Part shown: positions 9,375-19,300 of the stretch, one piece after another
How positions within the stretch are numbered: the stretch's first letter is position 1
Layout: the number at the start of each line of letters is the position of its first letter
Source: Oscillatoria sp. PCC 10802
Lineage (GTDB): Bacteria; Cyanobacteriota; Cyanobacteriia; Cyanobacteriales; Oscillatoriaceae
DNA length: 64,000 nt
Assembly (NCBI RefSeq): GCF_000332335.1
Contig: NZ_KB235948.1
Coordinates: 4,158,977 to 4,222,976 of the forward strand
Direction: 5' to 3'
The notes under the pieces: model-generated
Told to the model about the DNA's origin: nothing
Database searches by the model: none
Seen by the model: only the letters and a program-made list of their open reading frames with translations
Translations under genes and position numbers: made by a program

Positions 9375-10379
9375 ATGGTAAAATACAGAAGATCCGTTTC
9401 TCAAACAGTTTTTTACCTCTCCCTAGCCGGGACGCTGGCCACCGGCACCGGCCTGTGGGAGCCCGCACAGGCGCTCCAGCCGGTGTCAGGGGAGAAATGG
9501 CCGGGCGGTTCCCTCACCAGCTTGCAATTCAAGCCGCCGGGAGACGCCGCACCTGGCTCCACCGACGGGGGGGGGACCCGGGGTGATGTCAAATTCCAGC
9601 CGCCGGGGGACAGCACACCGGCATCCACCAACGGGGGGGGAACCCGGGGCGATGTCAAATTCCAGCCGCCGGGGGATAGCGCGCCGGCGTCCACCAACGG
9701 GGGGGGAACCCGGGGCGATGTCAAATTCCAGCCGCCGGGAGACGCCTCGCCCACGAACACCACCGGAGGAGGCACTCGCGGACCAGAATTCGAGCCGCCC
9801 TCCGATGCCGCACCGGTGTCCACCGTCGGGGCTGGAACTCGCAGCGAAGAGCTCTCGCAGCTGATCCCGCTGATTCCGGAGAATAAAATAGGGCGCACAG
9901 TGGCGGCGCGCCCGACATTTTTTGTTTACGTGCCTGCAACTTCCTCAAAAGAGGTATTTTTTAGCCTGCAAGACGAAAACAGAAACGTTCAGTACCAAAC
10001 TACCCTCAAAATGTCCGGTCAGGGGGGAATTGTCAGAGTAACTCTTCCTGCGGACGCGCCGGAACTGGAGATAGGGAAAAATTATATGTGGTTCTTCGCC
10101 ACTATCAATGAGGGAGACATTCTCCGCCCGGACAGTCGTGGGGTCAGCGGGTGGGTGAAGCGAGTGGAAGCCCCAACCAGCAGCGCCCAAAATTCATCCC
10201 TGACTCCTGTAGCGCTCGCCACCTTGTATGCCGAGTCTGGCATTTGGTACGATACAGTGGCAGTGCTCGGTGCGGCTAAACAGGCGCAGCCTGGAGACGC
10301 CACCCTAGCAGCTGAGTGGAAAGAGCTGTTGGAGCAGGTGGGACTGAAGGGGATCGCCACTCAGCCCCTAATCGACTGA
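9375..10379 (+). CDS. DUF928 domain protein with four perfect 20-aa N-terminal repeats
   Basis: ATG at 9375 with signal peptide. KFQPPGDSxPASTNGGGTRGDV x4 encoded by near-identical 60-nt repeats (9530-9790). C-terminal domain as in cyanobacterial DUF928 (family recall, not computed). Confidence 0.7.
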   Translation: MVKYRRSVSQTVFYLSLAGTLATGTGLWEPAQALQPVSGEKWPGGSLTSLQFKPPGDAAPGSTDGGGTRGDVKFQPPGDSTPASTNGGGTRGDVKFQPPGDSAPASTNGGGTRGDVKFQPPGDASPTNTTGGGTRGPEFEPPSDAAPVSTVGAGTRSEELSQLIPLIPENKIGRTVAARPTFFVYVPATSSKEVFFSLQDENRNVQYQTTLKMSGQGGIVRVTLPADAPELEIGKNYMWFFATINEGDILRPDSRGVSGWVKRVEAPTSSAQNSSLTPVALATLYAESGIWYDTVAVLGAAKQAQPGDATLAAEWKELLEQVGLKGIATQPLID

Positions 10380-10398
10380 GAGGGGTTATTCTGAGAGC

Positions 10399-12615
10399 AT
10401 GTGGCAAAAGCTGAGACAGCGAATTGGGGAGTGGGGAGGGGTTTTGGCGATCGCTCCTAGCGTGGCAGCACTGGCCATTGCCGGGAGCGCCGCTGGAGTT
10501 TTCCAGATGCTCGAATGGGCAACCCTCGACCAATTTTTTCACCAGCGTCCAGCAGAGCCCATTGACCGGCGCATTGTGCTGGTGACAATTGGCGAGTCAG
10601 ATATCAGTAAGGTCGGGCAATGGCCCATGCCCGACCGGGTGATGGCGCAGCTGCTGCGCAACGTGAGAGCCCAGCAGCCCAGAGCCATCGGTATGGATAT
10701 CTATCGGGACTTGCCGGTGGAACCGGGGCACAAAGAATTAGTGCAGGTGTTTCAGTCCACACCGAACCTGATTGGCATCGAAAAAGTCGGCGGCAACAGG
10801 ATCGCACCGCCGCCGGCGCTCAGCAAGTCCGACAGAGTGGCGGCGTCCGATCTGGTGTTAGATGCGGATGGCAAAGTGCGCCGAGCTCTGATATTAATTG
10901 GCGCTGAAGGCGGTCAATTTCGAGAGGGGCTGGGGGCGAAGCTGGCGCTTGCCTACCTGGAAAAGGAGGGCGTGTCTCTGCGCTCAATTGACGATAAGAA
11001 AAAAATCTATGGGTTGGGGCGTGCCGTGTTTGTGCCCCTGACGGGGAATGAGGGAGGCTATGTTGCCGGTGACACCGGCGGCTACCAGATTTTGTTAAAC
11101 TATCGCGGAGGGCTTGACAAGTTTCCCAGTATATCCATGACTGATGTGCTGGAAAACCGCATCCCCCCTGATTTGATGCGCAACCGCGCGGTTTTAATTG
11201 GCTCAACTGCAGAGAGCCTCAAGGACGTTTTCCAAACGCCCTACAGCAGCACTCTCTTCCGAAGCCCTGCCCTAACTCCAGGCGCAGTCATTCACGCGAA
11301 TATAACCAGCCAGATTTTGAGTGCCGCTCTGCAAGGGCGTCCGATGCTCCGAACTCCTACCAAAACCCTGAATTGGCTGTGGATTTTGGCTTGGTCTTTC
11401 ATCGGAGCGAGCGGGTGCTTGAAATTGCTGCAGACGAAAGTGTTTAAAAAGAATGTCTTTTTTGGAGGAGCCCTGTGCGGTACTTTAGTAGCAGGTAGCG
11501 CCCTCACCGGCACCTGCTATCTGGCGTTTCTGGGCGGCTGGATCGTCCCCGTATTTTCCCCCCTCGTCGCGCTGACCGCATCGGCCATTTTAATGGCCAA
11601 CTACCACAGCCACTGGGAATTAAAACTGGCTTGCGAGAAATTAGAAAAAGCCAATGAGCAATTAGAGGAATATTCTCGCACCCTTGAAATTAAAGTGACG
11701 GAGCGCACCGGAGAGCTGAAAAGCGCCCTCGACCATCTCAAAGCCACCCAAACCCAACTGATTCAAGCCGAAAAAATGGCTGCCTTGGGGCAGCTGGTTG
11801 CCGGCATCGCTCACGAAATTAACAACCCCACAAGCTTTATCTACGGGAATGTCGCCCATGCGGAAGAGTACGCCTCTCAATTAGTGAGCCTATTAGCCCT
11901 CTACCAGAAGCACTACCCGCCGGCACCAGATATTCGAGAATTTATTGAAGAGATAGATTTAGATTACATCCTAGAAGACTTACCGAAGTTGCTGGCTTCT
12001 ATGAAAACGGGAGCCTCGCGAATTCGGGAAATTGTTAAGTCTCTGAGAACGTTTTCAAGGCTGGACGAATCGGAGCTCAAAAAAGTTGATATCCACGAGG
12101 GGATTGACAGCACGTTAATGATCCTGCAAAACCGCTTAAAACAGCGGAGCGGCAGGCCAGAAATTATGGTAGTAAAAGAGTACGGGGAATTGCCTATGGT
12201 GCCGTGCTACGCAGGGCAGCTGAATCAGGTGTTTATGAACCTGCTGACGAATGCGATTGACGCTCTGGACGAGCGAAATACCAAGCTGAAACCCGAGGAA
12301 ATTGCGGCCAATCCCAGCGTGATTAAAATTGCCACTGCGGTGAGGGATAGCTCACAAATTGTGATCGCAATTTCTGACAATGGCCCTGGAATCCCCGAAT
12401 CGATACAGCAGCGGTTATTTGACCCCTTCTTCACCACCAAACCTGTCGGGAAAGGCACGGGATTGGGGCTGTCTATCTCACACTCCATCGTCGTAGAACA
12501 GCACGGCGGGCACTTGCGCCTCCACTCAGCACCCGGTCAGGGAAGCGAATTTCGCATCGAGATTCCCATACAACCGTCCAAGCTGCGCAAGCCGGTGCAG
12601 CCTCAGAAGGTCTAA
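10399..12615 (+). CDS. CHASE2-domain sensor histidine kinase
   Basis: N-terminal CHASE2 block (IVLVTIGESDI...WPMPD...AIGMDIY), 3-4 TM helices, coiled coil, HisKA H-box AGIAHEINNP, HATPase_c G-boxes. Confidence 0.9.
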   Translation: MWQKLRQRIGEWGGVLAIAPSVAALAIAGSAAGVFQMLEWATLDQFFHQRPAEPIDRRIVLVTIGESDISKVGQWPMPDRVMAQLLRNVRAQQPRAIGMDIYRDLPVEPGHKELVQVFQSTPNLIGIEKVGGNRIAPPPALSKSDRVAASDLVLDADGKVRRALILIGAEGGQFREGLGAKLALAYLEKEGVSLRSIDDKKKIYGLGRAVFVPLTGNEGGYVAGDTGGYQILLNYRGGLDKFPSISMTDVLENRIPPDLMRNRAVLIGSTAESLKDVFQTPYSSTLFRSPALTPGAVIHANITSQILSAALQGRPMLRTPTKTLNWLWILAWSFIGASGCLKLLQTKVFKKNVFFGGALCGTLVAGSALTGTCYLAFLGGWIVPVFSPLVALTASAILMANYHSHWELKLACEKLEKANEQLEEYSRTLEIKVTERTGELKSALDHLKATQTQLIQAEKMAALGQLVAGIAHEINNPTSFIYGNVAHAEEYASQLVSLLALYQKHYPPAPDIREFIEEIDLDYILEDLPKLLASMKTGASRIREIVKSLRTFSRLDESELKKVDIHEGIDSTLMILQNRLKQRSGRPEIMVVKEYGELPMVPCYAGQLNQVFMNLLTNAIDALDERNTKLKPEEIAANPSVIKIATAVRDSSQIVIAISDNGPGIPESIQQRLFDPFFTTKPVGKGTGLGLSISHSIVVEQHGGHLRLHSAPGQGSEFRIEIPIQPSKLRKPVQPQKV

Positions 12616-12635
12616 AAATATAGCGTTTCGCTCGT

Positions 12636-12720
12636 TCCCAGGCTCCGCCTGGGAACGCCGTCCTGGAGGCTCTGCCTCCTTTGGGCAGATAGGAAGATTA
12701 AAAGCCTAAAAGCTTAGTAA
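12636..12720. repeat. ~88-bp dispersed repeat (family E), copy 1; inverted partner at 15700..15790
   Basis: CGTTCCCAGGCTCCGCCTGGGAACGCCGTCCTGGAGGCTCTGCCTCCTTTGGGCAGATAGGAAGATTAAAAGCCTAAAAGCTTA is ~97% identical to the reverse complement of 15700..15790. Confidence 0.9.
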
Positions 12721-12775
12721 ATTGTGGATGCGTGGATTTTGGATGCCTGGATTTATAGCAATGGACAGTTAGTGC

Positions 12776-12875
12776 AAGGACATTGGGACAGGCGAGACGC
12801 CTGTCCTACGCCTTATTTCCCTAGGGCAGGCGTTTCCTCCGACCCCCCAAGGTCTAATGTCCTAATCAATTTGGC
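12776..12875. repeat. family B hairpin element (CATTGGGACAGGCGAGACGCCTGTCC...GGTCTAATGTCCTAA)
   Basis: Related copies at 19108, 20771, 31216, 32147, 34369 (two tandem), 48995, 49150, 57838. Confidence 0.85.
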
Positions 12876-13072
12876 TCGACCGGCAACTGTCCCAGCCCCC
12901 AGAGGCGATCGCAAGCAGAGAGGAGGTGCCGGCGGCACCGGCACTGTTAGTTTGCCGCCGGCAGCGCGCCTTGAGAACTCTAAAAATTCTCAACCTTCAT
13001 CCCAGAGACAGATCCGACTGCTCGACAATTGTTTTATTATATTACTATTCAACTTACTGTCACCGTTTGATT

Positions 13073-14581
13073 ATGCCTTTTCCAAGAGCGAGCGGGATTT
13101 TGCTTCACCCCACCTCCTTTCCCAGCCCATACGGGATTGGCGACTTGGGGAAAGACGCTTATGATTTCATTGACTTCTTGGCAGAAAGCAAGCAGCGGCT
13201 GTGGCAGATTTTGCCCCTCGGACCGGCGGGATATGGCAATTCGCCCTACATGTCTTATTCAGCCTTTGCCGGCAACCCCCTGCTGATCAGTCCGGAACGG
13301 CTCAAAGAAAAAGGGCTGCTGTCTGAGGCGGACCTCAGCAATTATCCGGTGTTTCCCGATGAAAGCGTAGATTTCGATCGGGTGATTCCCGCCAAGCTAG
13401 CCTTGCTCTGGCAAGCCTTCCAAAACTCCGACCCGAATGCTTCCCAGTATCACAGCTTTTGCGAGCGCCAATCTTACTGGCTAGATGACTTTGCCTTGTT
13501 TATGGCGCTCAAAGAAAAACACAATCAAGAACCCTGGTACGAGTGGGAAGACAAGCTGAAAAAGCGCAAACCAGAAGCCCTCAGCAAGGAACAGGAAGAC
13601 CTCAGCGACCGGATTAACTTCCACAAATTCCTGCAGTTTGAGTTTTTCAGCCAGTGGTCAGCGCTGAGGCGGTACGCCAAAGCTCGCGACATCCTGATTA
13701 TAGGCGATATCCCCATCTATGTGGGGGGAGACAGCGCCGACGTGTGGGCCAATCAGAGCGTGTTTTGCCTGGATGCCGAGACGGGTAAACCCAAACTGAA
13801 AGCCGGTGTGCCACCGGATAAATTCGAGCCAGAAAACGGCCAGATGTGGGGCAATCCAATTTATAATTGGAAGCAGCTGGAAATGGATGATTTCTCCTGG
13901 TGGGTGCAGCGCTTCCGGACGCTGCTGGATTATGTGGACGTGATTCGCATCGACCACTTCCGGGGGTTTGAAGCTTACTGGGAAATACCCGGGGAAGACA
14001 GCGTTGCCAAGAATGGACGGTGGGTGGAAGCGCCGGGAGAACTGCTGTTTCAAGTGGTCAGAGAAAAACTGGGAGTGCTGCCGATTATTGCCGAAGATTT
14101 GGGCGTGATTACCAGGAAAGTCAGGGCGCTGCGAGATCGGTTTGGATTTCCAGGGATGAAAATTTTGCAATTTGCTTTCGAGCCATTGCCTGACTTGCCT
14201 TTCTTACCTTTCAACTATACCACCCCAAACTGTGTGGTTTACACCGGCACCCACGACAACGACACCACCCAAGGCTGGTACAGCAAACTTCCCGACAAGA
14301 ATAAAAACACAGTGTGGCTGTATTTGTTGGGTAAAAAGCGATCCGAGTGCGATGAAAGTGAAATTCACTGGGAATTCCTCAGGCTAGCTTTGAGTTCGAT
14401 TGCCAATCAAGCAATCTTTCCCCTGCAAGATGTCTTGGGTTTGGGTGCGGAAGCGCGCATGAATTTGCCCGGTTCCTTGGGAAATTGGTGGAGCTGGCGA
14501 TACCAGCGCGATGCCTTAACGCCGGCAATCAGCAATCGCCTCAGGAGTCTGACTGAAATCTACGCTCGCACCGGCATATAA
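13073..14581 (+). CDS. malQ: 4-alpha-glucanotransferase (amylomaltase)
   Basis: MPFPRASGILLHPTSFPSPYGIGDLG...WQILPLGP...GNSPY is canonical MalQ. The ORF-track start at 12926 is an upstream extension. Confidence 0.9.
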   Translation: MPFPRASGILLHPTSFPSPYGIGDLGKDAYDFIDFLAESKQRLWQILPLGPAGYGNSPYMSYSAFAGNPLLISPERLKEKGLLSEADLSNYPVFPDESVDFDRVIPAKLALLWQAFQNSDPNASQYHSFCERQSYWLDDFALFMALKEKHNQEPWYEWEDKLKKRKPEALSKEQEDLSDRINFHKFLQFEFFSQWSALRRYAKARDILIIGDIPIYVGGDSADVWANQSVFCLDAETGKPKLKAGVPPDKFEPENGQMWGNPIYNWKQLEMDDFSWWVQRFRTLLDYVDVIRIDHFRGFEAYWEIPGEDSVAKNGRWVEAPGELLFQVVREKLGVLPIIAEDLGVITRKVRALRDRFGFPGMKILQFAFEPLPDLPFLPFNYTTPNCVVYTGTHDNDTTQGWYSKLPDKNKNTVWLYLLGKKRSECDESEIHWEFLRLALSSIANQAIFPLQDVLGLGAEARMNLPGSLGNWWSWRYQRDALTPAISNRLRSLTEIYARTGI

Positions 14582-14599
14582 AGGTTGCCTCGCCGGCAG

Positions 14600-14680
14600 T
14601 ATATAGCGGTTTCCAGTTGGATAAAATACGCATGAGAAACCCGGTTTCTTAAAGAAACCGGCTTTCTCAGTCCCTCAGTC
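14600..14680. repeat. MITE family A copy
   Basis: ATATAGCGG arm plus palindromic core, 19 bp downstream of the malQ stop. Confidence 0.9.
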
Positions 14681-14709
14681 TCGCTGAAAATAGCCGGTTT
14701 AAACCTTAT

Positions 14710-15168
14710 TTACTGATAGTTAAAAGCAGGTTTTCTCTGCCCCACCACTTCTGGCGCACCGGCGGCGAGACGCAGCTGGTCGCAGCAAACGGCAAGCCAA
14801 GGCTGACCTAAACCTAACATAGCAAAAGAACTCTCTGCGGGGATTTCTAACTGAGAGCCAATCAGACCCAGACGCGACTCAAACTCACCTTGAAAGAAGA
14901 GGAAATCAGAATTTAGGGCGCTCAAAACCGGCATTTTAAAAGGCAGCGGCAAGCTTAAGTTTTGCTGAGTGTGGGTGAGGCGGCACAGGAGCCGGTCGCC
15001 CTGACGGACAGTAACACGAGATCGCTCGCCCTTTTCCCATGTAAACTCAGCCAGTTCCTTAGGCAATCCCCAAATTTCTCTGCCGCCGGCAGCCGAATCC
15101 GCACTGTCAACATAGATGTGAGAAATCCAGCCCCCCCATTTGCCTGAATAGCTCACCAAACTAGCCAC
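14710..15168 (-). CDS. acetoacetate decarboxylase (ADC) family protein, short/possibly 5'-truncated
   Basis: DSADSAAGGREIWGLPKELAEF matches the ADC-family core. No ATG; frame opens with GTG and runs ~25 codons further upstream without a start. Flanked by MITE-A copies on both sides. Confidence 0.4.
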   Translation of the reverse strand: MASLVSYSGKWGGWISHIYVDSADSAAGGREIWGLPKELAEFTWEKGERSRVTVRQGDRLLCRLTHTQQNLSLPLPFKMPVLSALNSDFLFFQGEFESRLGLIGSQLEIPAESSFAMLGLGQPWLAVCCDQLRLAAGAPEVVGQRKPAFNYQ

Positions 15169-15262
15169 AACAATTAACTCGCTGTATTCGAGTGCGGAAC
15201 CGGCACCGTAGGATGCCAGATAAACCTCCCTGCCTGCTGGCAGGCAAGCGACAGGATTTTTC

Positions 15263-15375
15263 TATTATAGCAGCTCTCAGTTAGATGAAGTACGCTTCAG
15301 AAACCCGGTTTCTTTAAGAAACCGGGTTTCTCAGGCTCTCACTAATATGAGAAATGCGATATAGCAGTATGCACT
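15263..15375. repeat. MITE family A, full-length copy (~100 bp, both arms)
   Basis: TATTATAGCAGCTCTCAGTTAGATGAAGTACGCTTCAG + core + GCTCTCACTAATATGAGAAATGCGATATAG. Confidence 0.9.
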
Positions 15376-15699
15376 TAGGTTAGAACATTAGAGCTTTAGG
15401 GGGGCGTCCCGCCTGCCCTACGTCTATATAGCAGTAAGCATTTAAGAAACCTACATTCCGGCCTCCCTTCCTCCCCCGCTCCCGAAGTTTCTATTGTTCT
15501 AACCAATATGACTGCTGCTATAAAGCATCGGGGAGACGGTGAGAGCCAGGTGCCACCGGCACCCGCGCCGGCACCGGCATCCTTCCCAGACAAAACAAAT
15601 TGGCATCTGCTGTGCGTGCCGGTGTTCCTTTCACCAACAAAAAAGGGCTGATAACCGGCGGGTTCGCCACAATTATCAGCCCTTTTGTCAGGTAAGCTT

Positions 15700-15790
15700 T
15701 TAGGCTTTTAATCTTCCTATCTGTCCAAAGGAGGCAGAGCCTCCAGGACCGCGTTCCCAGGCGGAGCCTGGGAACGAGGGAACGAGGAAA
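15700..15790. repeat. family E repeat, inverted copy 2
   Basis: Reverse complement ~97% identical to 12636..12720. Confidence 0.9.
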
Positions 15791-15807
15791 ACCCCTAAAA
15801 CCGCTGA

Positions 15808-17721
15808 CTACTTAGTTTCAGAGAACTCAGCGTCAATCACATCGTCATCGCCGCCGGATTTGTCGGCCTTGCCGCCATCCGGAGCGGGCCCGCCGGCAGC
15901 TTCTGGGCCACCGCCGCCGGCTTGCTGGTAGATATTGCTGCCGATGGTGTAGAGCGCCTGTTGCAGTTCCGCCGTTAGAGTCTTGATGCGGTCGAAGTCT
16001 TCCTTGCTGCTGGCATCGCGCAAGTCTTTAACCAGCGCTTCCACCTTGCTCTTGTCAGCACCAGACACCTTGTCGCCGAGATCCTTGAGCTGCTTCTCAG
16101 CTTGATAAGCTAGGGAGTCAGCCTGGTTCTTCATATCGATCTTTTCGCGGCGCTCCTTGTCAGCAGCGGCGTTGCGTTCTGCTTCCTTCACCATCCGGTC
16201 AACTTCACCCTTGTCGAGGGTGCTCGCGCCGGTGATGCTGATGGATTGCTCCTTGCCGGTGCCCTTGTCCTTAGCGGTGACATTGAGGATACCGTTAGCG
16301 TCAATATCGAAAGTCACTTCGATTTGCGGGACGCCCCGAGGTGCCGGCGGGATGCCGTCAAGGCGGAACTGGCCCAGACTCTTGTTGTCGGTGGCTAATT
16401 CCCGCTCGCCTTGCAGGACGTGGATTTCCACATTAGTTTGCCCGTCCACCGCCGTGGAGAACACTTCCGACTTCTTGGTGGGGATAGTGGTGTTGCGGGG
16501 GATAATCTTGGTCATCACGCCGCCGAGGGTTTCCACACCCAGAGACAGGGGGGTAACGTCCAGCAGCAGGATGTCCTTCACCTCACCGGCCAGCACACCT
16601 GCTTGGATAGCCGCACCCACGGCAACCACTTCATCCGGGTTGACGGTTTGGTTGGGGTCCTTGCCCAGCACGCGCTTGACCAGCTCTTGCACCGCAGGAA
16701 TCCGGGTGGAACCGCCCACGAGCACCACTTCATCAATGGCACTCTTGTCGATTTTGGCGTCGCGGACGGCGTTTTCCACCGGTATGCGGCACCGGTCAAT
16801 CAAATCAGCGCAGATCTTTTCAAACTCGGCCCGCGTCAGGCTCATGTCCAGGTGCTTGGGCCCGTCTTGGGTTGCCGTAATAAACGGCAGGTTGATTTCC
16901 GTTTGGGTGACGCTGGAGAGCTCAATCTTGGCTTTTTCAGCGGCTTCCGTCAGGCGCTGCAGCGCTTGCCTGTCTTTGCGCAGGTCAATGCCTTCGGCTT
17001 TGCGGAAGGCTTCGGCGAGGTAGTCAACGATCTTCTTGTCGAAGTCGTCACCGCCGAGGTGGGTGTCCCCAGAAGTTGCCAGCACTTCAAATACGCCGTC
17101 GCCCACTTCCAGGATGGAAACGTCGAAGGTGCCGCCGCCGAGGTCAAACACCAGGATGGTTTCGTTGCTCTTCTTGTCCAAACCGTAAGCTAGAGAAGCG
17201 GCGGTGGGTTCGTTGATAATCCGCAGCACTTCCAAACCGGCAATCTTGCCTGCATCCTTAGTCGCTTGGCGCTGGGAGTCGTTGAAGTACGCCGGTACGG
17301 TGATCACTGCTTGAGTGACGGGTTCGCCCAGGTACTTGCTGGCGTCGTCTGCCAGTTTGCGCAGCACTTGAGCGGAAATTTCTTCCGGGGCGAACTGCTT
17401 GCCGGCGGCTGGGCAGTCCAGCTTAACGTTGGCGCTGCTATCCCGCAGCACTTTGTAGGACACTTCCGTCGATTCGTAGGTAACCTCGTCGAATTTGCGC
17501 CCGATGAAGCGTTTGACGGAGTAAAAGGTGTTTTCGGGGTTCATCACCGCTTGGCGCTTGGCGATTTGGCCCACCAAGCGGTCGCCGTTCTTTGTAAAGG
17601 CTACAACTGAAGGCGTCGTGCGGAAACCTTCTGCATTCGCGATCACGGTGGGTTTGCCACCCTCCATCACAGCGACGCAAGAGTTCGTCGTCCCTAAGTC
17701 AATTCCAACAACTTTTCCCAT
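15808..17721 (-). CDS. dnaK: molecular chaperone DnaK (Hsp70)
   Basis: [18 protein letters not shown]...DLGGGTFD...C-terminal GGGGPE...DDDVIDAEF. The ORF-track start at 17808 is an upstream extension. Confidence 0.95.
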   Translation of the reverse strand: MGKVVGIDLGTTNSCVAVMEGGKPTVIANAEGFRTTPSVVAFTKNGDRLVGQIAKRQAVMNPENTFYSVKRFIGRKFDEVTYESTEVSYKVLRDSSANVKLDCPAAGKQFAPEEISAQVLRKLADDASKYLGEPVTQAVITVPAYFNDSQRQATKDAGKIAGLEVLRIINEPTAASLAYGLDKKSNETILVFDLGGGTFDVSILEVGDGVFEVLATSGDTHLGGDDFDKKIVDYLAEAFRKAEGIDLRKDRQALQRLTEAAEKAKIELSSVTQTEINLPFITATQDGPKHLDMSLTRAEFEKICADLIDRCRIPVENAVRDAKIDKSAIDEVVLVGGSTRIPAVQELVKRVLGKDPNQTVNPDEVVAVGAAIQAGVLAGEVKDILLLDVTPLSLGVETLGGVMTKIIPRNTTIPTKKSEVFSTAVDGQTNVEIHVLQGERELATDNKSLGQFRLDGIPPAPRGVPQIEVTFDIDANGILNVTAKDKGTGKEQSISITGASTLDKGEVDRMVKEAERNAAADKERREKIDMKNQADSLAYQAEKQLKDLGDKVSGADKSKVEALVKDLRDASSKEDFDRIKTLTAELQQALYTIGSNIYQQAGGGGPEAAGGPAPDGGKADKSGGDDDVIDAEFSETK

Positions 17722-17992
17722 ACGGGTGTTCCGGCTCCAATCGCTACAAAAATTTTGCTCTGTACCCGCCTGTTTATTTAGGCATACAAAATACTGGGAA
17801 TCAAACACCGTCGCGTTCGATTAGCAGCCCATCCAGCCTCAGTATTATTTAGATAAGTCTATTAATATACTGAGCTTGGTTAGGCTCCTGATGAAGGCGT
17901 ATTTACCGTACCTGAGAGGGGGCGGTTTGGCACCTGCCGGCGCTCGCGTTTCAGAGCCGGCAGGCTGTTCAGCCCGGAAAAACCCGCGCTCA

Positions 17993-18577
17993 TCAGGCGG
18001 CTGGCTCTGACGCCCACCCATCTTCTGAGAGTTCAGCATCCATAGGGGCACCGGCTTGACGGTTTTCTGCCGCAGGGGGGTTGCTATCACCGGCGTTTTC
18101 CGCTATAATACCTGCCTCAGACTCAGCGACCCTGACCTTAACCACCTCGGGGCGGGTGGCGGACAGTTTCGGTAAAGTCAGGGTGAGGATGCCGTCTTTG
18201 AATTCCGCTTGCAGCCGGTCGTTTTGCACCGGCTCGGGGAGCGCAATCAGGCGGCGGAACGTGCCGTACTGGAATTCTGAGCGCCACTTTCGCGCTGTGT
18301 GGCTAATGGGCAGCCGGCACTCCCCAGCGAGCGAGACGGCTTGCCGGCTGACGCGCACATCTAAATCTTTTGCTTCCACCCCTGGAACTAAAGCCCGCAA
18401 AATGAGCGCCATGCCGGTGTCTTGCAATTCAACTGCCGGTGCCGGGGCGACAGGGGGTTCCTGAGCGCTGACGAAAGGGCGAGCGCCAGTTTGAGAGAGC
18501 TCGTCAAACAGCCGGTTCAATTGACTCCGCACGCTATCGATCTCGCGCAAGGGCTGCCAGTAAATTAGTTTCGCCAT
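17993..18577 (-). CDS. Hsp20/alpha-crystallin family small heat-shock protein
   Basis: Alpha-crystallin domain (ELQDTGMALILRALVPGVEAKDLDVRV...AEFKDGILTLTLPK). Adjacent to and co-oriented with dnaK. Confidence 0.9.
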   Translation of the reverse strand: MAKLIYWQPLREIDSVRSQLNRLFDELSQTGARPFVSAQEPPVAPAPAVELQDTGMALILRALVPGVEAKDLDVRVSRQAVSLAGECRLPISHTARKWRSEFQYGTFRRLIALPEPVQNDRLQAEFKDGILTLTLPKLSATRPEVVKVRVAESEAGIIAENAGDSNPPAAENRQAGAPMDAELSEDGWASEPAA

Positions 18578-18885
18578 AGGTTTACCGAGGTTGAGAAGAT
18601 ATCGCCATTCTGGGGCTGGGGTGAGTGAAGTTTGAAGCGAAAAGGTTGAGCCTCAAAACCTTATAACACCGCCGGTGAAGTTAAGAAATAGCCGCTGCGG
18701 GAGCGAGGTTTCAACCGCACGCGCTTATTCCTAACTGAATTCCATAGTAGGTGTGGCGGCGGTTGCAGGAATTGGGGCAAACCGTAAACCGCCAGTTGTA
18801 TTTGCCGCTCGCACCGGCACGAGGGGGAAAACCGCCCCCCCCAGCTCGCTGCCCCATGAGCAAGGGCGAGCTGCCGGTGGGCCGG

Positions 18886-19067
18886 CTTGTAGTTGGGCTT
18901 TAGCCCAAAAGTTGCGCAGTTGGGCTTTAGCCCAAAAGTTGCGCAGTTGGGCTTTAGCCCAAAGAAAGTAGTTAGGCTTTAGCCCAAAAGTTGCGCAGTT
19001 GGGCTTTAGCCCAAAAGTTGCGCAGTTGGGCTTTAGCCCAAAGAAAGTAGTTAGGCTTTAGCCCAAT
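18886..19067. repeat. third 26/27-bp tandem array, higher-order structure (2x GTTGCGCAGTTGGGCTTTAGCCCAAAA + GAAAGTAGTTAGGCTTTAGCCCAAA, duplicated)
   Basis: Seen in sequence. Confidence 0.9.
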
Positions 19068-19300
19068 GGGAGCATTCCGATTTTGTACATCTATTCATTT
19101 TTTGTAGCACAGGCGTCTCGCCTGTGCCTGAAACTCTGGGACAGGCTTTTTGGCCTGTCCTACAAGAGATGGGTAAAAAAAAATGGGATGCTCCCAAGCC
19201 CAATCGCAGGCTATCGCCTCACTACAAACAGGAGCTAGAGTCTCAGTTGCGATAAAATAAGATAGCATAAAGAAGTCAGACTCCCATCCCGACTCTAACC

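Noticed and set aside
9413-9898. 161-aa minus-strand ORF and 93-aa plus-strand ORF (9583..9864)
   Set aside because: Both are generated by the 60-nt tandem repeats inside the DUF928 gene.
16157-17193. Long plus-strand ORFs (288 aa, 260 aa) antisense to dnaK
   Set aside because: They are embedded in the strongly supported dnaK CDS, have Arg/Ser-rich low-complexity translations and no homology signal. Typical GC-rich antisense artefacts.
17722-17992. CIRCE (TTAGCACTC-N9-GAGTGCTAA) heat-shock operator upstream of dnaK/hsp20
   Set aside because: Searched the dnaK upstream region by eye and found no CIRCE-like inverted repeat.
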